A model generated the notes under the pieces. It was not told the DNA's origin. It ran no database searches and was given only the letters and a program-made list of their open reading frames with translations. A stretch of DNA of 64,000 bases from contig JAGHIA010000009.1 in NCBI GenBank assembly GCA_017887445.1, positions 1,615 to 65,614 on the forward strand, written 5' to 3'. This DNA comes from Fusicatenibacter sp. GTDB lineage: Bacteria; Bacillota; Clostridia; Lachnospirales; Lachnospiraceae. The translations under genes were made by a program, and so were the position numbers. Of this stretch, positions 43,668 to 51,832 are shown piece by piece. How positions within the stretch are numbered: position 1 is the stretch's first letter; every line of letters begins with the position of its first letter.

Positions 43668-43715
43668 TTCTTCTCTCTCCTTTTCAGGCTATTTATCAGT
43701 TCAACCATGTCTGCG

Positions 43716-43825
43716 CCTTTACTGCACAGACCGTATGAAAAAAACATTGCATCCGGCCGCGAATTGATTTTCAATGGCCGGATACCGTAACCGTTCAGCT
43801 GGCAGAACTGCTACGAACATCATTT
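43716..43825. repeat. Family-C/B composite repeat
   Basis: CTGCACAGACCGTATGAAAAAAAC...ATCCGGCC...GGCCGGATACCGTAACCGTTCAGCTGGCAGAACTGCTACG. Confidence 0.8.
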
Positions 43826-43897
43826 TCAGATTCTACAAACCGGGTTATCCCGCCTGCAGGTACAGCTCCTAGCAGGCTCCGGCATCTGCTATATCTT

Positions 43898-44929
43898 TCA
43901 GACTGCCGGACAGCTTTTGGTGGACTCGCGGATCACCAGTTCCCCGTCGAACACCTGCGCCGACGGTTCTTCCTTGCCGTCGATCATGGCGAACAGCTTC
44001 CGCGCAGACTCTGTGGCCATGGCCTCCACCGGCTGACGGATGGTGGTAATGCTTGGGATGTAATACGCTCCCACGTCGATGCCGTCAAAACCAGCCACGG
44101 AAATATCCTCCGGCACCCGCTTGCCCGCCTCCTTCAGAGCGCGGCAGGCGCCGATGGCCAGGGTATCCGAGGTGGTGTACAGGGCGGTAAACTCCACCTG
44201 GTCTGCCAGCAGCTGACGTGTCAGCTGGTAGCCGGTTTCAAAGGAATAGTTTTCCTCCCGGGTCATATGGCGCACCAGGGCGGGATTCCAGGGGATCCCC
44301 CGGTCCTCCAGCGCCTTACGGTACGCGTCCAGCCGCAGGCGGCCGATGCTGATATCATCCTCGCAGGCGGCCAGTATGGCGATCCGCCGGTGGCCGCAGG
44401 AGCAAAGATAGTCTACCATTTTATAACTTTCCCGGTAGTCGTCCACAGAAACGCTGGCACAGGGCTGCTCTTCACTGCCCCGGATGCCCACGGTGGTGAC
44501 CACATAAGGTACCGGAATCTGCTTCATTTTCTCCTTCGGATGGGTGAAGTTTCCTCCCAGGAACACAAGGCCCCGCAGCCGTTTTTCCTTGACGATCTCA
44601 ATGGCCGCGTCCACCTCGCTGGCTTTTTCCTCCACCCGCTCGATGATACAGGAGTATTTCTTTTTTCTGGCTTTTTCCTCGAAAATACTGATCATGTTGT
44701 TGAAAAACATATTGTCCATGCCCTTGACCAGCACGGCGATGGCTTTGGCGTCGGAGCGCTTGAGATTGCGGGCGCTGTTGTTGGGCACATAATTGTATTC
44801 CGACATGACCTTCAGGATCATTTCCTTTGTCTCCGGATTGATGTCCGGATGATTGTTCATGGCGCGGGAGACGGTGCTGACCCCGACGCCGCACTTTCTG
44901 GCAATGTCCCGGATCGTTATCTGCTCCAT
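43898..44929 (-). CDS. LacI-family transcriptional regulator (MalR-like by context)
   Basis: 343 aa. N-terminal HTH TIRDIARKCGVGVSTVSRAMN plus a periplasmic-binding-protein-like fold. Confidence 0.9.
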   Translation of the reverse strand: MEQITIRDIARKCGVGVSTVSRAMNNHPDINPETKEMILKVMSEYNYVPNNSARNLKRSDAKAIAVLVKGMDNMFFNNMISIFEEKARKKKYSCIIERVEEKASEVDAAIEIVKEKRLRGLVFLGGNFTHPKEKMKQIPVPYVVTTVGIRGSEEQPCASVSVDDYRESYKMVDYLCSCGHRRIAILAACEDDISIGRLRLDAYRKALEDRGIPWNPALVRHMTREENYSFETGYQLTRQLLADQVEFTALYTTSDTLAIGACRALKEAGKRVPEDISVAGFDGIDVGAYYIPSITTIRQPVEAMATESARKLFAMIDGKEEPSAQVFDGELVIRESTKSCPAV

Positions 44930-45000
44930 GTTCTCACCTCTTTTCGGAGCATGTCAGCTTTTTATCTGGATTTTGTCAGGATTTTTTTATCAAGAGCTAT

Positions 45001-46482
45001 TTACCAGGAGCTTCTCGCGTACAGCTTTGACACTCTGCGGATCTCAGCTGCCAGTTCATCGGTAAACGCGCCGGCTTTCATGCGCCATTTCCAGTTGTCG
45101 CCGAGGGTGGACGGGAAATTTGTCCGCGCCTCGCTGCCAAGTCCCAGATAATCCTGCATGGGGATGATGCACAGATCGGCCACGCTTCCCATGGCCAGGC
45201 GGATGAAATCCCAGGGCAGCTCCTCTTTTGTACTCTTATCGTTATTCATGTATTCTTTGGAAAATTCCCGGTCGGCCTCAGCCATCACATCGTACCAGCC
45301 AAGAATCGTGTCGTTGTCGTGGGTTCCGGTGTACACCACGCAGTTGTGATCGTAATTGTGAGGCAGATAGTCGCTGGCCTCCCTGGAATCGAAGGCGAAC
45401 TGCAGAACCTTCATGCCCGGATAGCCGCTCTCCTTCACCATCTGAATGACGCTCTCGGTCAGATATCCCAGATCCTCGGCGATGACCTTCACGTCGCCCA
45501 GAACCTTTTTCACGGTCTGGAACAGCTCGATGCCCGGTCCCTTTTCCCAGTGGCCGTTCTGCGCCGTCTCGTCCCCGTAGGGGATTGAGTAATATTCGTC
45601 AAAGCCGCGGAAGTGGTCGATGCGGACCACATCGTACAGGGTCGTCACATACTTCAGACGTCTCAGCCACCACTCGTAGCCGGTGCTCTTGTGGTAGTCC
45701 CAGCGGTACAGCGGGTTGCCCCACAGCTGGCCGGTGGCGGAGAAAGCGTCCGGCGGGCAGCCTGCCACTGCGGACGGCTGATTGTCCTCATCGAACTGGA
45801 ACAGTTCCGGATGGGCCCAGGTGTCAGCACTGTCGAAAGCTACATAAATGGGGATATCCCCGATGATCTCAATGCCCTGGCTGTTGGCGTAGGCTTTCAG
45901 TTTTTTCCACTGAACGGAAAACTGATACTGCAGGAAGCAGTAAAAGTCAATTTCTTTTTCCAGCTCCTGCTTCTTCGCCGCGAGAGCCTGCGGGTCACGG
46001 TCCTTCAGTTCTTTGGGCCATTCGCTCCAGCTTACGTCCTCCTGCTGTTTTTTTATTGCCATGTACAGACAGTAATCCTCCAGCCAGAAGCTGTTTTCTT
46101 CCGTAAACGCTTCGTAATCCTCATCCGGCGTAAAGCGCTCAAAGGCTTTTTCCAGCACCTTGAAACGGCTGTTATAGATTTTTTCGTAGTCTACATATTC
46201 CGGATTGTCTCCGAAATCGCAGGCATCGCATTCTTCCTCTTTCAGAAGACCTTCCTCCACCAGTGTCTCCAGGTCGATAAAATACGGGTTTCCCGCATAA
46301 GTGGAAAAGGACTGGTACGGGGAGTCTCCGTAACCGGTGGGTCCCAGGGGGAGGATCTGCCAGTATTTCTGGCCTGCCTGTTTCAGGCTGTCTACGAAGG
46401 TGTAGGCTTCTTTGGAAAAGCATCCGATTCCGTATCGGGACGGGAGGGATGTGACGGGAAGTAAGATTCCGCTGGCTCTCAT
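45001..46482 (-). CDS. malQ: 4-alpha-glucanotransferase (amylomaltase, GH77)
   Basis: 493 aa. GILLPVTSLPS, YQSFS, VRIDHFRGF and IAEDLG. Confidence 0.95.
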   Translation of the reverse strand: MRASGILLPVTSLPSRYGIGCFSKEAYTFVDSLKQAGQKYWQILPLGPTGYGDSPYQSFSTYAGNPYFIDLETLVEEGLLKEEECDACDFGDNPEYVDYEKIYNSRFKVLEKAFERFTPDEDYEAFTEENSFWLEDYCLYMAIKKQQEDVSWSEWPKELKDRDPQALAAKKQELEKEIDFYCFLQYQFSVQWKKLKAYANSQGIEIIGDIPIYVAFDSADTWAHPELFQFDEDNQPSAVAGCPPDAFSATGQLWGNPLYRWDYHKSTGYEWWLRRLKYVTTLYDVVRIDHFRGFDEYYSIPYGDETAQNGHWEKGPGIELFQTVKKVLGDVKVIAEDLGYLTESVIQMVKESGYPGMKVLQFAFDSREASDYLPHNYDHNCVVYTGTHDNDTILGWYDVMAEADREFSKEYMNNDKSTKEELPWDFIRLAMGSVADLCIIPMQDYLGLGSEARTNFPSTLGDNWKWRMKAGAFTDELAAEIRRVSKLYARSSW

Positions 46483-46520
46483 GGCGTTTTTCTCCTTTTT
46501 TCATCTCTTTTTGGAAACGA

Positions 46521-46560
46521 TACTGGTAACGGTATCGGTAACGTTTCCGGAACTGGTTTC
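46521..46560. promoter_or_regulatory. Candidate LacI-family operator(s) upstream of malQ
   Basis: GGAAACGATACTGGTAACGGTATCGGTAACGTTTCC has outer inverted half-sites GGAAACG and CGTTTCC, plus an AACGTT-centred pseudo-palindrome. It lies 40-80 nt upstream of the malQ ATG. Confidence 0.3.
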
Positions 46561-46646
46561 AGGATACCATATTTTGGGGGAAAATGCAAGGGTTTTTTTA
46601 TGGCGGACGAAAGCCGGCCGGAGCCGGCGGCTTTCTGATTTTTGCG

Positions 46647-46734
46647 CAAACCCTTGATTCTGACGGAAAGCCTTGCTTTTATATGAATCTTGCTTTTATG
46701 TGAACCTTGCTTTATATAAGAACCTTGATATTGG
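46647..46734. repeat. Five imperfect direct repeats, 17-19-bp period (AAnCCTTGmTTT core)
   Basis: The CTTG cores start at 46653, 46672, 46689, 46706 and 46724, each with a similar AT-rich flank. Confidence 0.75.
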
Positions 46735-46786
46735 CGGCTAATTGGATAGACAGGCATACGTCTGGCAATCTCATCATCCAGAAAGC

Positions 46787-47071
46787 GAAGGCAGCCGCCC
46801 GCCTGACGCCGTCGGCGGCAAGTGTGGTTCGGGGGGCGTCTGCAAAGGCGCGAGAAACTCTTAACGCGCCAGAGTCCCGCCGGACGGGGCAGGCGAAGGA
46901 CTTCACGTCCTGAGCCTGAGGAGCGCCTGAGCCGGGAATGCATCAGGCATTCCTGGCGAATCGCTCCGGTACCCGTCCGGCGGGACTCTGGCACGTTTAG
47001 AGTTTCCGCGCCTTTACAGCCGTCCCCGAACCACACTTGCCGCCGACGGCGCCAGGCGGGCGGCTGTCTTC
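46787..47071. repeat. Large imperfect inverted repeat (two family-D copies, arms of about 100 bp, spacer of about 80 bp)
   Basis: The left arm (46787-46889) and the reverse complement of the right arm (46969-47071) align over roughly 100 nt with only a handful of mismatches or indels. The spacer holds its own hairpins (GGAATGC-atcag-GCATTCC). Confidence 0.85.
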
Positions 47072-47090
47072 ACTTTCGTCCGCCCTCACA

Positions 47091-49196
47091 TCACTTCCGC
47101 CTGAGAATCCTCACGGCTGCTGCCTTCCAGTTTTCGCAGGTATGCCAGTATAGTTTTCCGTCACGGATCTCCGCCTCCACCAAATCGTCGGAATAACTGT
47201 CCGCGATAACGTACGCTCCATTCTTTGGCAATTCCACCCAGAGTTCCTCCGGCAGCTGGCCGCCGAAGGTATGGAAGACCGTGAAGCCTTCTGTGTCATT
47301 GGTGCGCAGAATGCCCTGCCATCCTTTCAGATGACGCCAGCTGGTCTGCTCTGTTCCAAAGAAGGCGGTGCTCCCATGTTTGATCACCGGGGCAATCCTG
47401 CGGTAGAACGCGATGCCGTCCTCGATGGTCTTCCACTGGCTTTCGGTCAGATTCCACACGTCCCCGGACAGGCACATGCGCCCCAGGAAGGTGGCGGCCA
47501 CCGAATAGGCGATCCTCTGGCAGGTGTCGCTCTCCCGGATGACGGCCCAGATCTGGCTCTGGCGCGGCAGGATGACCCGGTGGAGGTTCGCCGCGATCAC
47601 GGGGATTTCCGGACACTCATGGGCGTCGGAGAAGGAGGCCATGCTGCACAGATTCATCATGGACGGCTCCATTTTGCTTCCGCCGGAGGAACAGTTTTCC
47701 AGCACAATGCCCGGGATCTCCTCCTTCACCATTTCCACAAAGCTGCGGGACTGCTCCATATTCTGCCGCAGACCCTCGCCCAGAGACTCCGCGCCGTCGC
47801 AGCCGGTGCCGATGGTGTCGTTGTAGTCCATCTTCATATAGCCGAATCCGTAACCCTTCAGTGTACCAATGACCCGCTCTTTCAGATAGTCCCACACCCA
47901 GGGATCTCTCATATCCCAGAACCGGCGGGCGGATGTCTCCAGCACGGCGCCGTCTCTGTGGAGCAGATGTTCCGTCTCATTCCACGCGTCAGCGGCGCAG
48001 CCTACGTTGTCGATCTCAAACCAGATGCCGGGAATCATCCCCGCCTGACGGATGGCCTCCACGGTCTGCTCCAGTCCTCCCGGAAACAGCTCCCTGGAAA
48101 TATGGTAATCGCCCATGGAGATATCCCAGTGGATCCCTTCACGCTTGAACCATCCGCAGTCGATGACAAAGTATTTCAGGCCTTTTCCCTTCACCTTTTC
48201 CAGTGTCCGCACAATGTTTTCATGGGACGGGCATCCCCAGGTGGTACAGTATTCGTTGAACATCACCGGCAGCTCCTGTTCGCATTCCGGCCCCTGCTCA
48301 CAGGCGCTGTCCATGGCGGCGGTCATGCGCTGGGAAACGCTGTCCACGGTTCCCTTTGCCACGGTCAGGATCGCCGTCGGCGTCTGAAAACTTTCTCCTG
48401 GAAGAATTTCCTTTTTCCAGTGGCCGAAATCGTAATCCGCCAGTCCGCCGGACAGAGACGCGCTGTCGTCTTTCCGGTAGGCCTCCATCTGCCAGGACGC
48501 GTTGTGTGCCAGCATTGCGCCCCACACCACGTTGTTTTTTCTGTCCTCCGCCATCATCCACGGAAAGAAATGGTTCACCGCCATGGAGCCTGCCTGGCCG
48601 AAGCGCTCACAGCGGACCCCGTGGCCCGCCCAGGACGGCTCCAGGTTCAGCTTCTCAAAAGGATCGCTCTCCAGCCGCCCTTCCATGCTCCAGTCGGAGC
48701 GCAGCCGGTGCAGCACCAGATGCTCCGGCGCGTCTCCGGCGGCAAACGGTGTCAGACCGCCGATGGAAAAGCTCTCCAGCATCTGCAGACAGCAGCAGCC
48801 TTCGCCATGATTCTGGAAAACCACAAAGGATTCCAGGAACGGTTGTCCGCTTTTCCATACCAGGTGATGTTCTGCCTCATAGCCCCTGTCGTCCCGGAAG
48901 AAGATGACGATTTCTTTCTGGGACAAATCCTCCTTCGTCTCCTGGCGCTGATACTTCATGCGCTGTACGCTGCCGCTCTGGCGCATGGTTTTTCCTCCGG
49001 CGTAGGCTCCCGTGTACACGTCGCCCTCCAGTTTCAGCTGGAGCAGGGAATCGGTCTCCTGGCGCTTCTCGTGCCACGATACCGGCTCCATGTCCTCCGG
49101 CAGCAGCATAAGCTCCGCCAGACGCTTTTCCTCATCCAGAAAATATAAGGCTTTCATGTCCCCCAGGACATAGCTGTTCATCAATGTTACTCCCAT
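47091..49196 (-). CDS. GH36-family alpha-galactosidase-like glycoside hydrolase (divergent subgroup)
   Basis: FVIDCGWF, GYMKMDYN and ENCSSGGSKMEP parallel the DDGWF, KWDMN and CASGG motifs. Start set at the ATG at 49196, preceded by AGGAGG and 6 nt. Confidence 0.8.
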   Translation of the reverse strand: MGVTLMNSYVLGDMKALYFLDEEKRLAELMLLPEDMEPVSWHEKRQETDSLLQLKLEGDVYTGAYAGGKTMRQSGSVQRMKYQRQETKEDLSQKEIVIFFRDDRGYEAEHHLVWKSGQPFLESFVVFQNHGEGCCCLQMLESFSIGGLTPFAAGDAPEHLVLHRLRSDWSMEGRLESDPFEKLNLEPSWAGHGVRCERFGQAGSMAVNHFFPWMMAEDRKNNVVWGAMLAHNASWQMEAYRKDDSASLSGGLADYDFGHWKKEILPGESFQTPTAILTVAKGTVDSVSQRMTAAMDSACEQGPECEQELPVMFNEYCTTWGCPSHENIVRTLEKVKGKGLKYFVIDCGWFKREGIHWDISMGDYHISRELFPGGLEQTVEAIRQAGMIPGIWFEIDNVGCAADAWNETEHLLHRDGAVLETSARRFWDMRDPWVWDYLKERVIGTLKGYGFGYMKMDYNDTIGTGCDGAESLGEGLRQNMEQSRSFVEMVKEEIPGIVLENCSSGGSKMEPSMMNLCSMASFSDAHECPEIPVIAANLHRVILPRQSQIWAVIRESDTCQRIAYSVAATFLGRMCLSGDVWNLTESQWKTIEDGIAFYRRIAPVIKHGSTAFFGTEQTSWRHLKGWQGILRTNDTEGFTVFHTFGGQLPEELWVELPKNGAYVIADSYSDDLVEAEIRDGKLYWHTCENWKAAAVRILRRK

Positions 49197-49458
49197 CTGA
49201 TACCTCCTGTGATTTAAAAGAATCTCTATCGTTGATATCAAGGCCAAAAGCGGGACTCGGCTTTGACCTTGACCTCTATAGTTCTTTCATATCACAAACA
49301 GCGTCAGATGTAAATACAAACTTGCAAACCCAATACATGTGCATTATAATAAACGGATATTCAAAAAAACTGTCCGCGAAAGGTTCCTGAGCTTTGCGCT
49401 CCGGAATCATTTCACGGACAGTGAATGTTATCTTGCTCTTATTTTCGAAAGGATGTGA

Positions 49459-50010
49459 ATGCTCATGCCAATCCCTGAAATCCAGCAGCCAGAGATTCTT
49501 CCGGTATCGGAGACGCTCCGGCTGCGAAGCTACGACGGCGTCCATGAGTTCGCGCTGGACTGGTACCAGGACAGCGAGACGCTGCGTCTTGTGGACGGAA
49601 AGGACGTTCCCTATACGCCCCAGCGGCTGGCGAACATGTACCATTATCTCAACGACCGCGGAGAACTGTATTTTATCGAGCTTTTGAAAGAAGGCGTCTG
49701 GACTCCCGTGGGAGACGTGACCTTCTGGCAGCAGGATATGCCTATCGTGATCGGGGACCATTCCCTGCGCGGAAAAGGAATCGGGCGCCAGGTGGTGACG
49801 GCCCTGATCCGCCGCGCGCGGCAGCTGGGATACACGGAGATTTTTGTGGACACCATCTACGACTATAATGCCGGCTCACGGAAAATGTTTGAAGCCTGCG
49901 GCTTCCAGGCTTATGAGGCCACCGCGGCCGGCCACAGGTACCGGCTGGCGCTGGACGGCGTTATTTGCCCATGCTCTCCAGATATGCCGCGTACGCATTC
50001 TCCTGAATAG
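49459..50010 (+). CDS. GNAT-family N-acetyltransferase
   Basis: 183 aa. The acetyl-CoA loop region is RGKGIGRQVVTALIRRA. The 3-prime 50 nt overlap the convergent SBP gene. Confidence 0.65.
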   Translation: MLMPIPEIQQPEILPVSETLRLRSYDGVHEFALDWYQDSETLRLVDGKDVPYTPQRLANMYHYLNDRGELYFIELLKEGVWTPVGDVTFWQQDMPIVIGDHSLRGKGIGRQVVTALIRRARQLGYTEIFVDTIYDYNAGSRKMFEACGFQAYEATAAGHRYRLALDGVICPCSPDMPRTHSPE

Positions 50011-51604
50011 TGATCAGTTCCTGTACGCCCATTGTATCCAGCTGGGCCAGATAATCGTCCCATTCCTCTTCGATGCCGCCGTCTACGACCCAGTGGGCGT
50101 ACTGTGCTTCCACATACTGGTAGATATCTGTTCCCAGTGTGGTCAGACGGCTTGTCTCCTCTTCCGTGTACTGAACCATGGGGAAGCCTACGTTCACATC
50201 GTCGGTGACATACTTGGCGTTGACCTCATCCTCTTTCATCTTAATTCCGTCGCCCTGATTTTCCGGAAGCTGAACCTTGTCGTAAAATTCCTCATTCATA
50301 TACTTCGGTCCGAAATCACGGAGAGAATGGGACCATGCGGAGGTATCCAGCGAGCTTCCGTCTTCCGGCTCGTTGACGGTGTAAGTGCCGTCGCCGTTGT
50401 CGGTGATGCAGCCGTCGGAGATGGAACCGTACTGGGTCTGCAGGGCCATAACGTCGTCGTAGAACTCGTCCGCCCACGCAAGCAGTTTTTCCACATCCTT
50501 GCAGTCTTTGGTGACCACAAGCTCTCTGTCCGAGATGTCCAGATAATTGGCCGCGTTCTCCACATAGCGGGTTCCATCCGGTCCTTCCAGTGCTTCCAGC
50601 AGTACAAACTGGTCCGCGTTGGCGCCTGCAACGGCATCCGCCACCCATCCGGTAACCAGACCTACCTGAGAACCGCCGTCCGCCTGGATCTTGGAGGTCA
50701 CCATAGAAGCGTCCTGGGTGAAGTATTCCGGATCGAGGATTCCCTTCTCCCACAGGCCGTGCATCCACTGCACCGCTTCCTTATAATTTTCCTGTACCGG
50801 CATAAACACGGCTTTGCCCTCGCCGTCGATGCCCATGTAATTGTCCGCACGGCTTACCATGGTTCCAAACGGTCTGAGGATATTTCTCAGATCGCCGCTC
50901 AGCAGATTGCTGGCGGCAGAGTTGGTATAGCCGATCTCATTGGACGCGTCTCCGTCTCCATCCGCATCCTGGGTGGCGAACGCTTCCAGCACGGTCTCCA
51001 GTTCCTGATACGTGGAGGGCACTTCAAGTCCCAGATTGTCCAGCCATTCCTTGTTGATAAAGAAAACGTAGCCGTCTACCTCCGGACGGATGCCCAGCTT
51101 CTTGGGCAGGCTGTAAATCTTGCCGTCGCGGTCGGTGCAGATGGCGCGCATCTGTGTGTCTTCCTCCATAATGGCGGACAGGTTCGGCATAGTCTCCTCA
51201 TTGATGTAGTCACTCAGTTCTACAAAATTTGCTTTATTCTGGTTCATGTCCGATGCGTTCAATGCGTTGGAACCCAAAAAGGCATCCGGCAGGTCCCCCG
51301 AGGCCAGAAGCAACGATTTCTGCTCTGCCCAGTCGGAAGCATAATACACCTCCCACTCGATCTCGATGTTGTGCTTTTCCTCCAGCTCCTTCATAATACC
51401 GCTCTTCAGAAAATCGGTCGGCCATGCGTCTGTCCACCGCAGCGTGGCGATGGTAAACTTGGTCACTCCATCTTCACTGCCGCCGGACGTGCTGTTTGCC
51501 GAGGACCCGTTGTTATCTCCTCCTCCGCCGCAGCCTGCCAGCGCGCCAGCCGCTATGGCTGCCGCCAGAACTACACTGAATCCGCGTTTGAATCGTTTCT
51601 TCAT
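49961..51604 (-). CDS. Extracellular sugar-binding lipoprotein (paralog 1)
   Basis: 547 aa, lipobox LAGCGG. It is highly similar to 57128..58759. Confidence 0.88.
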   Translation of the reverse strand: MKKRFKRGFSVVLAAAIAAGALAGCGGGGDNNGSSANSTSGGSEDGVTKFTIATLRWTDAWPTDFLKSGIMKELEEKHNIEIEWEVYYASDWAEQKSLLLASGDLPDAFLGSNALNASDMNQNKANFVELSDYINEETMPNLSAIMEEDTQMRAICTDRDGKIYSLPKKLGIRPEVDGYVFFINKEWLDNLGLEVPSTYQELETVLEAFATQDADGDGDASNEIGYTNSAASNLLSGDLRNILRPFGTMVSRADNYMGIDGEGKAVFMPVQENYKEAVQWMHGLWEKGILDPEYFTQDASMVTSKIQADGGSQVGLVTGWVADAVAGANADQFVLLEALEGPDGTRYVENAANYLDISDRELVVTKDCKDVEKLLAWADEFYDDVMALQTQYGSISDGCITDNGDGTYTVNEPEDGSSLDTSAWSHSLRDFGPKYMNEEFYDKVQLPENQGDGIKMKEDEVNAKYVTDDVNVGFPMVQYTEEETSRLTTLGTDIYQYVEAQYAHWVVDGGIEEEWDDYLAQLDTMGVQELITIQENAYAAYLESMGK

Positions 51605-51678
51605 ACTCTTTCTCCTCCTTTATGTTTTCATTTTTATATGCTCTGCGTTTTCCGCAGGTAACACATTCTCTTTTTATG

Positions 51679-51832
51679 GAAACTGCATGAGCAGCAGTTT
51701 CCATTCATTGCGCAGACCGTATGAAAACGTGGCGCCCGCAGGCATCCGCCCCATCGCGAAACGGTTTTCAAGGGCCGGATACCGTAAAATTCAGCCGGCT
51801 GAATCGTTACGTTTCCGGCACGGTTCAGCCGC
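51679..51832. repeat. Family-C/B composite repeat
   Basis: Contains the hairpin GGAAACTGC-N7-GCAGTTTCC, then TGCGCAGACCGTATGAAAAC...GGGCCGGATACCGTAAAATTCAGCCGGCTGAATCGTTACG...GGTTCAGCC. The last motif contains the stop codon of the upstream gene. Confidence 0.8.

Noticed and set aside
41367-43790. Very long plus-strand ORF (807 aa) antisense to glgP. Similar antisense ORFs occur at 545..1681, 3959..5428, 7139..9115, 15306..17984, 25976..27181, 47271..49148 and 61217..63211.
   Set aside because: Each lies exactly opposite a gene with unmistakable conserved motifs. Their products are low-complexity (rich in L, R, H, V, Q, G), with no recognisable domains and no RBS. This is the typical shadow-ORF behaviour of GC-rich coding DNA.
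46820-46890. tRNA-like fragment (GGTTCGGGG, short stems) inside the family-D repeat.
   Set aside because: No acceptor stem, D-arm or anticodon arm can be assembled. The resemblance is limited to a T-loop-like pentamer.
46479-47036. 185-aa minus-strand ORF and overlapping plus-strand ORFs across the malQ/GH36 intergenic region.
   Set aside because: These ORFs are translations of the inverted repeat. The two arms would encode mirror-image low-complexity Arg/Pro/Gly-rich peptides. There is no RBS and the composition is not protein-like.
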